Below are positions 25,370-39,832 of a DNA stretch of 64,000 nt, in pieces. Within the stretch, counting starts at the first letter, position 1; every line of letters begins with the position of its first letter. This stretch comes from Eledone cirrhosa (lineage: Eukaryota): the NCBI GenBank assembly GCA_964016885.1, contig OZ024747.1, positions 80,290,001 through 80,354,000 of the forward strand, given 5' to 3'. The notes beneath the pieces were generated by a model. That model saw only the letters and a program-made list of their open reading frames with translations, did not search any database and was not told the DNA's origin. The translations under genes and the position numbers were made by a program.

Positions 25370-25660
25370 GCCCCGTTGGTTTTAACTGCAAGTATCGCAA
25401 TTGTTCAAACAACGGAACTTCCTTCATGTGATATTAACAATTAAGTGAACCCTCATAATAATTATCAAGGAGATTCAGCGAGACACTTTTTGTGACAAGG
25501 TCGGTTCCTTGAATTACTGGTACAACTCGGTTTTGCAAACTGAAAGGACTGTAACAAAGTAAAATAGTGTCTTGCTCAAGAACACAGCACGTCGCCAGGA
25601 CTCGAACTTACAACGTTACGATGGTGAGCCTAATATCTTACTCACTAAGCCAGGCGCCTT
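25370..25660 (-). mobile_element. tRNA-derived SINE (family 2 head, different tail)
   Basis: Reverse complement of ggcgcctggcttagtg...gttcgagtcctgg...tgtgttcttgagcaagacact. Confidence 0.7.
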
Positions 25661-26616
25661 TACAATTATTAATGGTAACAGAATTCAGTCAGTCAGTCAG
25701 TCAGTCAACAAGTAAATAGAAAGAGGTTAAATGGAAGATGAAGAACGATGGGAATTTAGAGCAAATCTATAAAAGGGGTTAATATTACAGGAATAACTTC
25801 TTAACGAAGCATCAGATTCCTCGCAATGTAGGAACGATTGCTTGAAAAAAAAAAAATCCCAGTTGTTACCAATCTATCCAGTGCGTTGCAATTAAGAAAA
25901 ACATGAAGTACATTGAAAGCTAACAGAAAAACTCCACTCATCTTCTTAAGTCGTACATTATTTGTGTAATCCGATGGCCTATTCAATAACAATATACAAG
26001 AGTTCTATCATTCCGTCAAGGAAAAGAAATCCATTAAAACATGATACGGCGGTTTCCTGACAGCTTCTTGTTGCTCGCCAACGTTATCGGCTGCCATCAT
26101 ATTTGAAGATCATGTGGCACTCAGATAAGTGGTTACTGACACTGCATCTCCTCTTCGTTCAACAATATTTCCCACCCCACCATTTCCTAAAAGTAGCAGC
26201 GACCATTACAATTGTAATTACAAATCAAGTCATTCAGAAATCTTTGAAATATTACATTTTACATGTATGTATTTACGATATTTAGTTATTGTTTTACTGT
26301 AGAGTGAAACACAACCCAGTGAGAATAATTCGATACGTTTATTTAGAAGTGTTTACGTTATAGAAATATAGACTTCGATTTACATCTATGTGCCTGCGTC
26401 TCGCCACTTATCTTATCTCTTCATACACACACACACACACACAGACACAGATATACACAGACACACAGACACACACATATACTCTCATGTACACACGCAC
26501 ACACACACACATACACTTTCCTGTATACATGTGTATGGACGAACACATTGCATAAGGCTTCTGAGTATATATATATATATGTATATGCATATACATATAT
26601 ATATATATGTATATGC

Positions 26617-26665
<49 letters not shown>

Positions 26666-26728
26666 TATATATATGTATATGCATATATATATATATATAT
26701 ATAAACACATAGATACATGCATACATAC

Positions 26729-26802
<74 letters not shown>

Positions 26803-26930
26803 AAGTGTGTGTGTTTGCATACATAAATGTTTTCAATATAACCATATATAGCGACACACACACAACAAGCACTCTCACACACACACCACATACGCATTCA
26901 TACTTACAAAGACACACAGACACACAGACG

Positions 26931-26962
<32 letters not shown>

Positions 26963-27450
26963 AACACACACACACATACACACACACATGCAGATATAGA
27001 AATGAACACCTTCACTTGAAGGTAACATGATCTAATAAACATGCAATCAAATGATCCATTATGCACTGTTAGTATACCAGAAATATAATACAGAGAGAAG
27101 CAAGATATAAATACATAGAGCAACACCCTTCACTTACATAGAGGCGCAGGCAACAAGAGGGGCATGCGACGACGAAATTCACACATATATGAATAGAAGT
27201 GATCATATTTACGTAAATATCGGTCATATATCTGTGTTATAATCACATATTTCTCACACGTTCTCACAGCCACCCACATGTGCTTGTATACAGACATACA
27301 CGCATACACACACGTACATACACACAGACATACACACCCACCCACACATACACATACATACACTTACCCCCCCCCCCCACACACTCACACAGTCTATCTT
27401 GATCTCAGTGATCATTTGATGATATTATATCATCATGCTAATTCAAATTC

Positions 27451-27483
<33 letters not shown>

Positions 27484-27492
<9 letters not shown>

Positions 27493-27606
27493 ATACTTGG
27501 GGAGGGTCATATTTGTGTAATATTGCCAGAATTCCCCAAGTATAACAATATTTGTTTCGACGCACTATTTCATATAAAAAACCTCGCAAAACTAATTCAT
27601 CGCCGC

Positions 27607-27610
<4 letters not shown>
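27484..27610 (+). mobile_element. Very small inverted-arm plus tail element in (TA)n
   Basis: atattgttatacttgggga / tccccaagtataacaatat arms followed by ~60 nt of unique tail. Confidence 0.5.
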
Positions 27611-27651
<41 letters not shown>

Positions 27652-27659
<8 letters not shown>

Positions 27660-27974
27660 TAATAAATGGAAACTATATTTATAAAACCATATTTATTTTA
27701 TTATACATATTTCAAGGGCAACCAAGGTAAATTATGGTGCGCTTTCATCAGATAAAATACAGATTTGGTTTATAAATAAATATTGACATACCCGGAAAAA
27801 AAGACAACCTTAACGGTTTGAGCTTCCTGGATAGTCTGTATAATAAAATAAATATGGTTTTATAAATATAGTTTCCAAATATAATGTGTATTTACTCCAC
27901 TAATTTGTTGAGTGCTTTATATCAGTTATAAAATTGTTAAGCTTGTTGAATCCCAACAAATTAAATACAACCTC

Positions 27975-27978
<4 letters not shown>
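27652..27978 (+). mobile_element. Mini-PLE family B copy with intact minus-strand minimal HHR at 27694-27759
   Basis: tattttat-CTGATGA-aagcgcacca...tggttgccctt-GAAA-tatgta-TA-ataaaata (perfect 8-bp stem I); tail homologous to 678-770. Confidence 0.8.
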
Positions 27979-28043
<65 letters not shown>

Positions 28044-28047
<4 letters not shown>

Positions 28048-28636
28048 ATAACAATGAATTTGAAGACTAAAATCCAAAGAGGACTGGATAAGGATAAATA
28101 TATATCAAATATATAAGAACCGTAGAGGAAATATTTATTCAAATAACAGATTAAAGTTAAAGCAAAGAATCGCTGCTTTCACCATTAACGGGATATTCTG
28201 AAACTAACAAAGTCAGTCTGCGAACGCAGAAGTGAATATTTCAAAAAACGTTGCAACCGGAGGAAGACGGGAAGACGATACTTTGGTTCGTGGACGTGTT
28301 CCCTGGCAAAGAACGGGAATAATACGTCATTATTTGGAGCGGTGGATTGGCAGTATCGGTAGAGGGTCGGACGCCATGCTTTCCAGCATAGTCACGTGCC
28401 TTTACGATCTGAGTTCAAATCCCGCCGAGGTTGACTTTGCCTTTCATCCTTACGGGGTCGATAAAATAAAGTACCAGTAATGCACTGGATAATTGCTGGC
28501 CTTGTGCCTAAAGTAAAAACAATTATTTGGAGCGGTGAAAAACAATTACACGCAAAGACAAAACCACGTTTATGAAGATCCTGTTAAGGGTGAAATCAGC
28601 GATTCTTTGCTTAAACTTTAATCTGTTATTTTAATA
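28044..28636 (-). mobile_element. Mini-PLE family D (tail 28044-~28135, arms ~28136-28198 / ~28572-28636) interrupted by a SINE
   Basis: aaataacagattaaagtt.aagcaaagaatcgctg is mirrored at 28597-28633; (TA)n flanks; decayed HHR-like (a/c)tgaaga...gaaa. Confidence 0.65.
28339..28521 (+). mobile_element. Family-1 SINE with 16-bp target-site duplication
   Basis: attatttggagcggtg at 28329-28344 and 28522-28537. Confidence 0.9.
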
Positions 28637-28653
28637 TATATATATATATATAT

Positions 28654-28843
28654 AACGAAGGAAGTGTTGTAAGGAACCAGATGGACCACAACCAACCAGA
28701 GTACTCAATGCTTAGAGTAGTAGAGTGGGTCATAGGAAAATGTTTAACCCCGACGGCAGAGCCAAGCCGTTTCGAGGGCTATTCCCAGAAATAGCCGTCG
28801 AAACGGCTTGAGCTCTGCCGTCTGGGTTAAACATTTTCCTATA
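28654..28843 (-). mobile_element. Diverged miniature Naiad terminus (inverted arms plus tail)
   Basis: Homologous to 10316-10501 in reverse orientation; same end points; in (TA)n. Confidence 0.85.
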
Positions 28844-28851
28844 TATATATG

Positions 28852-28882
<31 letters not shown>

Positions 28883-28884
28883 GA

Positions 28885-28916
<32 letters not shown>

Positions 28917-28928
28917 GTATATATATGA

Positions 28929-28961
<33 letters not shown>

Positions 28962-29345
28962 TATTTGTATATACATGTGTGTATATATGTATATACATGT
29001 GTGTATATATGTATATATATGTGTATATGTGTATATATATGTATGTATATGCATATATATATATATATCTGTATATATGTATGGATATATATATATTTGT
29101 ATATATATGTGTGTATATGTGTATATATGTGTGTATATGTGTATATATATGTTTATATATGTATATATATATATATGTATATATATTTGTTTATATGTGT
29201 GTATATATATATGTGTGTATATATATGTATGTATGTGTGTGTGTATATATATATGTATATATATTTGTTTATATGTATGTTTATATATATATACGTATTT
29301 ATATATATATGCATATATATGTGTATATATGTGTGTCTGTATGTA
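28844..29345. repeat. Compound (TA)/(TG) low-complexity tract
   Basis: Direct observation; similar tracts at ~2920-3380, 5560-5900, 12050-12535, 26420-26990 and 43600-43985. Confidence 0.9.
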
Positions 29346-29419
29346 TGATAATAATAACAAAAATAAGAATATGTTGATTCAGTAATTTAAGTAAATTTTA
29401 TTATTTATAATAAGGACAG

Positions 29420-29790
29420 TAGAATGTCAGAATCACTAGGTTGTCAAATAAACATGTAGCAGTATTTCTTCTGACTCTTTACTAACTGAGTTCAAATTCT
29501 GCCGAGCTCGGCTTTGCCTTTCATCTGTCTTTGGTCAAGTACTGGTATTGATATAATCGACTTTCCTTGCCCACAAATTGTTGACCTAGTGCCTGAATTA
29601 GAAATCAGGTGGATTGGCAGTATCGGTAGAGGGTCGGACGCCATGCTTTGCAGCAAAGAGTTACAGCCCTTTATTTTCTGAGTTCAAATTTCGCCGAGGT
29701 TAACTTTGCCTTTCATCCTTATGGATGAAATAAAGTACCAGTAATACACTGTGATAATTGCTGGCCTTGTGCCAAAAGTAGAAACAGTTA
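29420..29790 (+). mobile_element. Two tandem family-1 SINE copies (first one degenerate)
   Basis: ctgagttcaaatt..gccgag...ctttgcctttcatc present twice. Confidence 0.7.
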
Positions 29791-29825
29791 TTTAAAATGA
29801 TGCAGCATGATATTCTTATATGACT

Positions 29826-29948
<123 letters not shown>

Positions 29949-30105
29949 TATAAAATTAAGGAAGATCGCTGGTGTTAAATCCACGATCTTCGGACAGCAT
30001 CACTACCGAACTGCATTAATGCAGTTGCAAGCAATCTGTTTTCAAAGTGCACACATTTAGTTCATAGCATATACTTTGGGTGTCTTTTTATCTGTACAGT
30101 ATATG

Positions 30106-30148
<43 letters not shown>

Positions 30149-30220
30149 AAAGGTAAACAGAAATAAAAACACAATCGGTACAGTATATGGAAGTAATATA
30201 TATATATATATATATATATA

Positions 30221-30571
<351 letters not shown>

Positions 30572-31027
30572 ATATGGTACACACTTACATACAAGTGGAA
30601 CGGTGACGTCAATGATGACAATAATGTTGAATATATTTAAGTTTTGGAGTTCAGTATTAATATGCCATATATACCAGAACTATCGGTTATATGAACAATC
30701 ATAAACTTGGCAAATTTGCGTTTTGATAAATAAATAATTTGTATAGTTTAGGTTGATTTCAGAGGCGTAGAAGTGATTAAAGATAAGAATGATATTTAAA
30801 TATTTGATTTCTAGCAGATATTAACAATTGTATGTTCCAATGACATACATGTTTAAATATAAGCGTAACCTTAGAGAAAGATCTATTTACAAGGACAAAT
30901 CTAGTGATAGAACACTGGAATATGTGATATAAATACAATGTTTATATTGTAGTAGGATAGGAAATGTGGGTGTTCTGTGTGTAGGTGTTTGTGTGCGTAA
31001 ATGTTTTCAGAGATACGGATATATATG

Positions 31028-31059
<32 letters not shown>

Positions 31060-31275
31060 TGTATGTATGTATGTACGTACGTATTTTCTTCTGGTTTTAT
31101 AATTTCATAATTTTTTACCAATAAAGAGAGAGTCAGTTTCTAACATAGACACAATACTCTCTCATTGGAATTTAAACAACATCAACTATGTAGATATGTC
31201 TGGAAGTCTCCATGCAAGCGTGTGTGTGTGCAGGTGTGGATGTTATTGTATGTGTGGATGTGGATGTATGTATCC

Positions 31276-31313
<38 letters not shown>

Positions 31314-31400
31314 ATATTAAATAATAAATGGAAACTATATTTAAATCAGTTATAAACATTTATGTTTGTCGGACTTCCAACAAATTAAATACAACTTCTA

Positions 31401-31465
<65 letters not shown>

Positions 31466-31470
<5 letters not shown>

Positions 31471-31659
31471 AACGAGCAGGACAACCGACAGCTGAGCTCA
31501 AGCCGTTTCGACGGCTAATTCTGGACAGCATTATCCGTCGAAACGGCTTGAGTTCAGCCGTCGGGGTCCTACCCGTTCCTATTACCCACTCTACTACCCT
31601 AAGTATTGAGTAATTTGGTGCGTTATGGTCCACCTGGTTCCTTACCACATTGACTCCGT

Positions 31660-31660
<1 letters not shown>
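31466..31660 (+). mobile_element. Diverged miniature Naiad terminus (inverted arms plus tail)
   Basis: Homologous to 10316-10501; same end points; in (TA)n. Confidence 0.85.
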
Positions 31661-31690
<30 letters not shown>

Positions 31691-32699
31691 TGTATATGCA
31701 CGTACAGTCAATAATAGATATCATACCCCTAGAGCTACAATAATTAGGAATCGAAACACGCAAGTGCAAACACACTGGTGGGAGTGTTGAACCACAAATC
31801 TAATGCTTACCGGGTGATTTCTTAAGCGATTACCGATATACACTTTGTGTCACACCAGTGGCTTTATTGACTTTTTTTGTATTACAAATTTACGGTTAGA
31901 TGGTTTCCAATGTTTAATATCATTTATATTGGCATTTTATCATATTTTATACATATATATCCGAACACACATACACATATATGTAAATATATGTATGTAT
32001 GTATGCATATGCATGTACGTGTATATGCATATGTATTCTTGTATATATATGTACATGTATTTATATATATGTATATATATCTGTGTATGTCTGTACTTGT
32101 ATGTATGTGTATATATATACATATATAAACATGTATGTATATATGTGTGTATATATATATATATATGTGTTTGTATGTATGCATCTATATATAATTGTGT
32201 GTGTGTAACTAACAAATATCGAACGATGTCCCTCGTCATATAATCTGATATATTCCCTATGCTATTGCAAAAAATGTGTAAGTAATATATTTGCATACAT
32301 TTGGAAAGTAATTTATTAAAATCGTTATCCAAAAGGCGGTACAGTGGCAACTCAACATCCGATACCGAGAAATATAACAAATATATATTAGACTTATTTC
32401 TTCAATTATTGGTAGTTCTTGTTTCTCTTTTTGTTCAGTTGGATATCTAGCTCACTCTAAGCTAACTTGGTGGACATAGTCGCATAGGCGTTCATAATCC
32501 TTTGATTTCACTTTATATACAAAGACTACCGAGTATCAACCAGATACTTAGGGGAGGCATCGTTGTTTGTTTTGACAATTTTCGGTAGCTTTTTTCCACT
32601 ATTTTGATCCGTCCCCGCACTCACTTTACAGTTTTACAAATTACAGTTTTCTGCACCTTCTGCGTTGTATTTTTTACTTGTTTTTTGCTTATTATCTAG

Positions 32700-33500
32700 T
32701 TGATATATTTCGCCACTTTATCATGTTTAAATTTATATTATTTGGTGCTAATGTAGGACATTCTGATATTATATGGTGAGTTTCAAGCTGAACGTCACAT
32801 ATCCTGCATTTAGGATTTGTGCCATCTCTGAACATATTTGCCTAGTAAAGAGGCTCTGGTTCTGGGCAGCAAAACTAAAGTCTTCTGTTTCAGCTTTTAA
32901 TCCCGAACTTCATAGCCGCTGATGGATTCTACATCAACATTTGGGTGGGAAGTGGCAATTGGCCATGCAGAGATTTTGTTGTCATCTATCTCTAAATACT
33001 TTTAGACCTTCAAGCTTCAACTTGCTTCTGTGGACGTAGTTGGAATTAGGTCAGCTTCACTATTTAGGTATATGTCTTCAGGTTTTAGTTCTTTCCTGTA
33101 GTTTCCTGCCTCTTTCAATACTGAATGGAGTTACTTTTGGTATTCGTGTTCCTTTAATAACACTATCATCCTCTCATTGGTGATATCTAGGTACGTTAGT
33201 AAGCCTAGTGTAGCTATTTTGTATGACAGTTCCATTTGTATTAATCCTCTTCCATCTTCTTGTCTGGGCAATCTACGTCTGTCTTGGGGTGATGCATTTT
33301 GTTGGCTGTAAGGGGTTTTCGAGTTTTGGAGTCCATTCTTTGAATGTCAGATAAGTTCCGATAGATGATGTTATAACTGTATCGTGTCATTGGTACAGCT
33401 AAGGTATTTATAGTTTGGAAATGTTTTTTAGAATTGAGTTTAGTTTTCAGGATCCGCCTTACTCTTCTGTAATATTCTTTCCATATCTTCTTCTCCTTCT
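32700..33500 (-). pseudogene. Degenerate R4/Dong-like retrotransposon fragment
   Basis: Broken minus-strand motifs MHHPKTDVD..LPRQE.GRGLIQME and SGLKAETE.F..AAQ.Q.L match the post-RT region of 44184-46571. Confidence 0.6.
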
Positions 33501-34597
33501 CCCCCTTCTTGTGTATTACTTCTGTATTTGGATCTAGATATTGTAGAATTGTTTAATACATGCAGGATTAGTTCTGTATCGTGTCAGGTGGATTTATTAC
33601 AAAGAAATCCGAATCTGTTATCTATTTTCTCATTTTCTTTTAGTTCTTTTAGAAAAATATACGTTTGAAAACATTTTTTATTCAACTGGCTTCGCTTACA
33701 CATTTTCCATAATATCTTTTTGCATTGGATGTGCTCGTCACAGTAGTGACAACATCAAACACACATACACACGGGTTTAACAACGGAAAATAGTAAAAAA
33801 TATAGATGAGCGTTAACCATGCCCGAACAGAAACAAAAATGACTTTGTGTTAGAAACAATATTGATTTAAATATTTGATCGAATAGGCAAAACAAAAAGT
33901 ATACAGATACGCGCACACACATTTTAGCACACGTAAAAGTTGGTGGCCTTGAAAGCAGTTTTATGAATGTTGCTTGCCAAAAGAATATACTGGACAGGAG
34001 AAAGTTCCAGTATGGGAAAAAAGAGTTGGCAACGTTGTATCAAAAATAGTGAGTCTCTTTGTTTGAGAAATTGTTCAAGAATGGGTAAGAGGAAAAGTTA
34101 GATAAACCTACTTTACAAAGTGTGTATGTGTGGAGGATTTTCAGAACAACTGAAGTCCTGTGCTATGTGTAGTTAAGGGTGCTGTCAACTGACATACACA
34201 TTATGTGGGAGTATCTGGCTGATGTTCAGAACCGGGAGCGAGACGGATCAACAACTAAATTTAGTACGATATACACAACTATTTATAGGATCATACTCCA
34301 ATATTTAGGCCGGTCCAGTACTAGCAACCTACTTTAAACTCTTAACAATGATATACAAAGATAAAATGATTGGGATCATATGTATGCTCCATCAGAGCTC
34401 ACCGGGCGTTAAACTAATACATCCACATTAGAGCAGTCATGTCCGAAAACCTATAAATGTTCGCCTAACAATGATGGTTTTTGATTCTACAGCACGCCAC
34501 AAACCCTGTGGCGAATACAGAGTTCACGGAAACTACAGAAGCCAGCCAGGCAAATGGATTGTATTTGTAATACGCGAATGGTCATACATTTTTTGAT

Positions 34598-34735
34598 TAT
34601 TTTACTTGTTTTAGTCTGTAGACTGCGGTTATTCTGGGTCACCGCCTTCATTTAGTCGATCATATTGACTACACTACTTCAAGACTGGTACGTATTTTAT
34701 CGATCTCTTTTTTTTATCAAACCGCTGTTATGCGA
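34598..34735 (-). mobile_element. Degenerate SINE 3' remnant
   Basis: ttttacttgtttt agtc...gactgcgg...caccgcct...tttagtcga...actggtac.tattttatcga resembles an octopus SINE related to family 1. Confidence 0.4.
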
Positions 34736-36623
34736 CACACACACACACACACACACATATATATTCTTAAAAATCATGAGTGACCTAGAAAGTTGTCCCC
34801 ATCAAAGACACACAATACTCACTGCCGATAAAAATTGAGGATCCCTTTACTTTTTACATCAGTATACACATTTCATTTCACATATTCTTTCCTAATTTGA
34901 TATTCCATTTGGACAACCAATGACTCCATTGTGAGTTGTTAGTTCCCAAGTAGAGCCTAAATTCTTCAAGCAATAATTTCAATTGTCACTGCTGCCATTT
35001 CATATATCACAGTAATTGTGATGTCTTCAACCATTTTGGTTTTATCTCGCCACTTCCCGGGTATTCTCTCCATCTTTGTTTACTCAGAAATATTCTTTTC
35101 AACCTCCTCCCCCATCCTCTTCCTCCTCCATCCTCTTCCTCCTCCCTTTTCCTCCTCCCTCCTCCTACGCCTCCTCATCATCAACATCCTCCTTCCCCGC
35201 CTCCACCCACCCCACACCTTCTCTTCCTCTCCCTAATCTTTCTCATCTTCCTCCCTCCCTGTTACCCCTCCTCCACCTTCCCCAAATTCTTACACCCCCA
35301 CCCCTTCCTCCTCTTCTTCCCCCACTATATCTCCCCCAAACCCCTCTCTTTACAACACATTTATGCTGTAAAATAATTCTAATGCACAAAACAAAATAAG
35401 ATCGCTTCATTCTCAGTAAGTAAAACTTCACTAGCTTCTGCGATCTTCCTCGGTGAAAAACATTTAAAATAAAACTCCATAAAATATATACAGTCGACAT
35501 TTGCAGAAAGTATCTATTTAACCAGCATTTCCAAGCCATGTCTTTCTATTCAGACGTATGCAATTTAATTTATTTATATGTCTGGAGGATAAAAAGAGCT
35601 GGATGGAATATTTAGATATCGCTAAAACGTAGTTATTAAACTCACTGTTTAATTTCAACATAATGCATCTTCACAAGATTATTATATATATTTAAAATTC
35701 CTTTTTTTATCGCTGAATGCTTAAAATATTGGTTTTGTAAAGCCATTCATTGAGTCTTTATTAAATGTGAAATATACTTTTTTAGTGGTAGCATTAAGAA
35801 TAATCTGCATAATTTTGTTGAGTGCAATAGGATCTAAAGCAAATATGATATGGATGTTGGCATGAGACAATGATAGCAACACAGAAACATTAATTTAGGT
35901 TGTTGAAAGCAAAGAAAAAGAAGAAAAAAGATGTTACGTAGAAAGTAAGGCTGAAAATACAAAAAAAGTAAAAATAACTATATTGTAAATAAATTGATTT
36001 TAGAATATTGGCATTGATCTTTTAACGTTGAATATTTGCTCGGGGGAGACTGGAGAATGAAAAAAATCGAATTCCACTGTGATTCCAGAGAGGGCGAACA
36101 CGGGAGACAGTTCTAGTGGGAATTCTGAAATATGAAATATATGTTTCAACGGCAAGAGAGAAAGGCCCTTTAATGGAAAGGAAAAACAAGGAGAAAAAGG
36201 AGAAAAAGCAACATATATTTTACATAGAAGAGAAACTGAATGATACAAGCTTCGGGAATAAAAGACCGAGAAAAAGGAAAATGTAGCATCAGCAGTAGTA
36301 TTAGAAGTAGGAGTAGAAGATGGTGATGATCATGATGATCAAATAAGAAAAGTAATTAGGCCAAGAGAAAATTGCAGAATGTATTGAAGAAGAAAGAAGC
36401 TGTGCTATAACAAAACAGGTTGTTTTTCGTAGAAAGCTTTTCTTACTATGTAAACGTGTAGGAAATTTGAAAATTTGCCTATTTTTGAAATACATGATTA
36501 TCTTTAGATTCACAAGTAATAAAAGCAGTAGTTTATATCAGCTTCTTTCACAATTTTTAAAGATTAATGTTAATTAATTTTTGTTAAAGTTGTCTTTGTA
36601 ATAAAAGAAAACTTAAGGGTCAT

Positions 36624-36805
36624 AATTGTTTCTACTTTTGGCACAAGGCCAGCAATTACCCAGTACATTACTGGTACTTTATTTTATCGACCTCTGTATG
36701 GATGAAAGGCAAAGTTAACCTCGGCAGGATTTGAACTCAGATCGTAAAGGGACGTAACTATGCTGGAAAGCATGTCCGACCCTCTACCGATACTGCCAAT
36801 TCACT
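36624..36805 (-). mobile_element. Family-1 SINE
   Basis: Close match to 21222-21400. Confidence 0.85.
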
Positions 36806-38065
36806 ACCAGATAGTAGTTGAAGGCTTTGGTTTATGACTAAATCAATCTCAGATTTTCTTTATTACTGTTTTGCTTTAAATGAATCACGTTTGATTAGTT
36901 TACAAAGACATAAGTACATATTACTGAATTAAATGAATTTATGATAATGTAGCGCTAAAGAATTCGTAACAAAGATTATTTGCAATTACATTGTAGAAGA
37001 AACATCTTAGTCATTGAAAAACAAAACATAAAACTAATTTACTCACTTCTCATTTCTTTCGTGCCAACCCACAGAAGTATAAAATGAATATAACAGTTAT
37101 TGTGTGTTTTTAAATGGCTTAAATATGTATTTAATGACGAATCTACTTTATTCTCAACAAGCCATTTCAGATCAATTCTCCTAAATTACAAGTGTGTACG
37201 TATGGATCCTTAACGCCTGGTCGAATCGAAATGACGCCATACTCATATACGGTCTTTCTTGGGTACTTTTAAAATCTGGCGAAGCCTATTCATCTGATTT
37301 CATCTATAAAGCGAAGAAATTGATAGAAAGACGTCAGCAAAACATATCGGGGACGAATCGATTCCAGTACTTGACTGGTACTTTTCTATTGACCTCGAAA
37401 AGATAAAATGCAAAGTTGACCTCGGAGGAATTAGAACTCAGAGAAGGCAAAGAGCTTGAAGGAATAACGCAAAGCATTCTATAATACGTTCTAAGTAAAA
37501 CCCCTAAATAAATATTTGATAGTAGTAGAAAGGTCAAGGATTAGCTGACCATCAACTCTCTGGTGATTTAATATTTTAATACAAAAATATAATTTTATCA
37601 GGATAACGTTTTCAGCTCAGCTGTGTTATGTATCGATCTGAATTTAAAATTATAATAGTACATTATCCTACACCCTCACTTATAGAATATCATTAAATAG
37701 GGGAGCTGCTAATTGCTGTCAGGCCAGCAGTTCGGGTTATATTCTTGTCATTGCGTAGTTTTAGTGGTTATGGTATTTACCTTCTAAATCATTCAGTTAT
37801 AAATAAGTACTGAGTTCGATTTTCATAAGCGAAAAGAAAGGGTTCTCAGGTGAAAACCAATATCATCCTACTTATGTATTATTTAAAGTAAGCTTCACAG
37901 TATATAGACTACGACATCCTTATATAAAGGCAAAATAAATATACATGCGTATAAATAAACAGAAAGAGAAGTAAATTTTGATAAACTCTTCTTACGTTAA
38001 TCGGTTAGAAAGCTTAAAACATAGACACGCACACACTAAAAAAAATACCTTCAGTATATATATCG

Positions 38066-38400
38066 TTAGCTCCCTTCGGTTACAAATGACGATGGTTTTG
38101 CACCTTGAAAGTCCTCTCCCCACAAGGCTCAAGCCAGGACAAGGTGTGTCAGTGGAAGACCAGCAGTCACCCATGCTTGAAAAATTCCCCTCTTTACGCT
38201 ACCGATGTTGTCCAAGGGAAAGGCAAAGGCCTATATAGCTTTGCACCAGTGACATCGCAACTCATTTCTACACCTGAGTAAACTGGGTCAACGTGAAATA
38301 AAGTGTTTTGCTCATGAGCACAACGCATCGCCCGGTCCAGGATTCGAACTCACAACCTTAGCATTGTGAGCTCAACGTTCTAACCACTAAGCCATGTGCC
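38066..38400 (-). mobile_element. Family-2 SINE
   Basis: Reverse complement of 17900-18200 type, with A and B boxes at 38335-38395. Confidence 0.8.
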
Positions 38401-39219
38401 TACCCCCCCCCTCCCCACACACATTTATGTATTTGTTCTGCAAGATTCTTGATGTGAAATCGTGCGCTGTAACCGATATATGGTGCGTGTTTCTTTCTAT
38501 TGGCGATATTGACATAATCATCCCCAAATATAACAATACATACACACATACATATATAGGCTTTCTTGATGATTTCCTTCGAACGAAACAGTTCTAGTCC
38601 CGTAGAATCCATTTCTATATTAAATGTGATATTTACACTCTATAAATGTATTGAGTACCTTACTGTGGTTACCTCGGATAGAACACGGGACTCACACAAA
38701 CACATATCCATATATATGTATATATGGATACGTATCTTTCTTTATATATATAGATATGTTTGTAGATATGCATATGTATGTGTTGTGTGGGTGTGCATAA
38801 GGAAATCTATCTCTTTGCATAGACACATACATGTATATGTATGTGTATAAATCATGCAAATAATATAAACACGTTTATATAACCATATACATATTAAGAT
38901 TACCATCTTTCTCAATATTAATATCAATGTTATATCTATATATGCACGTACATATGAACTCTCACGTAAAAGTACATAAATACACCCACACGCCACTCTT
39001 TTGTACACACATACGTATACGTAATACATATACATGTATATATGTACTTGATAAGAATAGGACAATTTTGTCATGGTGTTATTCCTTCTGTTCTAAGTCA
39101 GTAATCCAATTGATCACATGATACATATCGATCTATCCTGTCCATTTCCCCGAAGAAACAGTTTATTTCATCGCTATGCAACATACACACCTCAACCTCA
39201 CCACCCTCTACTAACCACT

Positions 39220-39832
39220 ACCACCGACAACATCACTCCCGCCAATATCACCACTACCACCACCACCACCACCGACATCACTCCCGCCAATACCACCACC
39301 ACCACCACTACACACTTCCACCGACATCACTCCCGCCAATATCACCACCACCACCACCACCACCACCGACATCACTCCCGCCAATACCACCACCACCACC
39401 ACCACCACCACACACACTTCCACCGACATCACTTCCGCCAATATCACCACCACCACCACCACCACCACCAACATCACTCCCGCCAATATCACCACCACCA
39501 CCACCGACATCACTCCCGCCATTATCATCACCACCACCACCACCACCGACATCACTCCCACCAATACCACCACCACCACCACACACACACTTCCACCGAC
39601 ATCACTCCCGCCATTATCATCACCACCACCACCACCACCGACATCACTCCCACCAATACCACCACCACCACCACACACACACTTCCACCGACATCACTCC
39701 CGCCATTATCATCACCACCACCACACCACCGACATCACTCCCGCCAATACCACCACCACCACCACCACACACACTTCCACCGACATCACTCCCGCCAATA
39801 CCACCACCACCACCACCACACACCACCACCGA
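39220..39832. repeat. Minisatellite: core caccgacatcactcccgccaata + variable (cac)n, with or without acacacttc; about 15 units
   Basis: Direct observation; explains the His-, Thr- and Gly-rich ORFs. Confidence 0.9.

Noticed and set aside
25801-26100. Signal-peptide-like short minus-strand ORF (MSGVFLLAFNVLHVFLNCNA...)
   Set aside because: No clear splice donor and no recognisable homology; could be chance in AT-rich DNA.
33930-34130. Possible Tc1/mariner transposase C-terminal remnant
   Set aside because: Too degenerate; no terminal inverted repeats or DD(D/E) motif identified.
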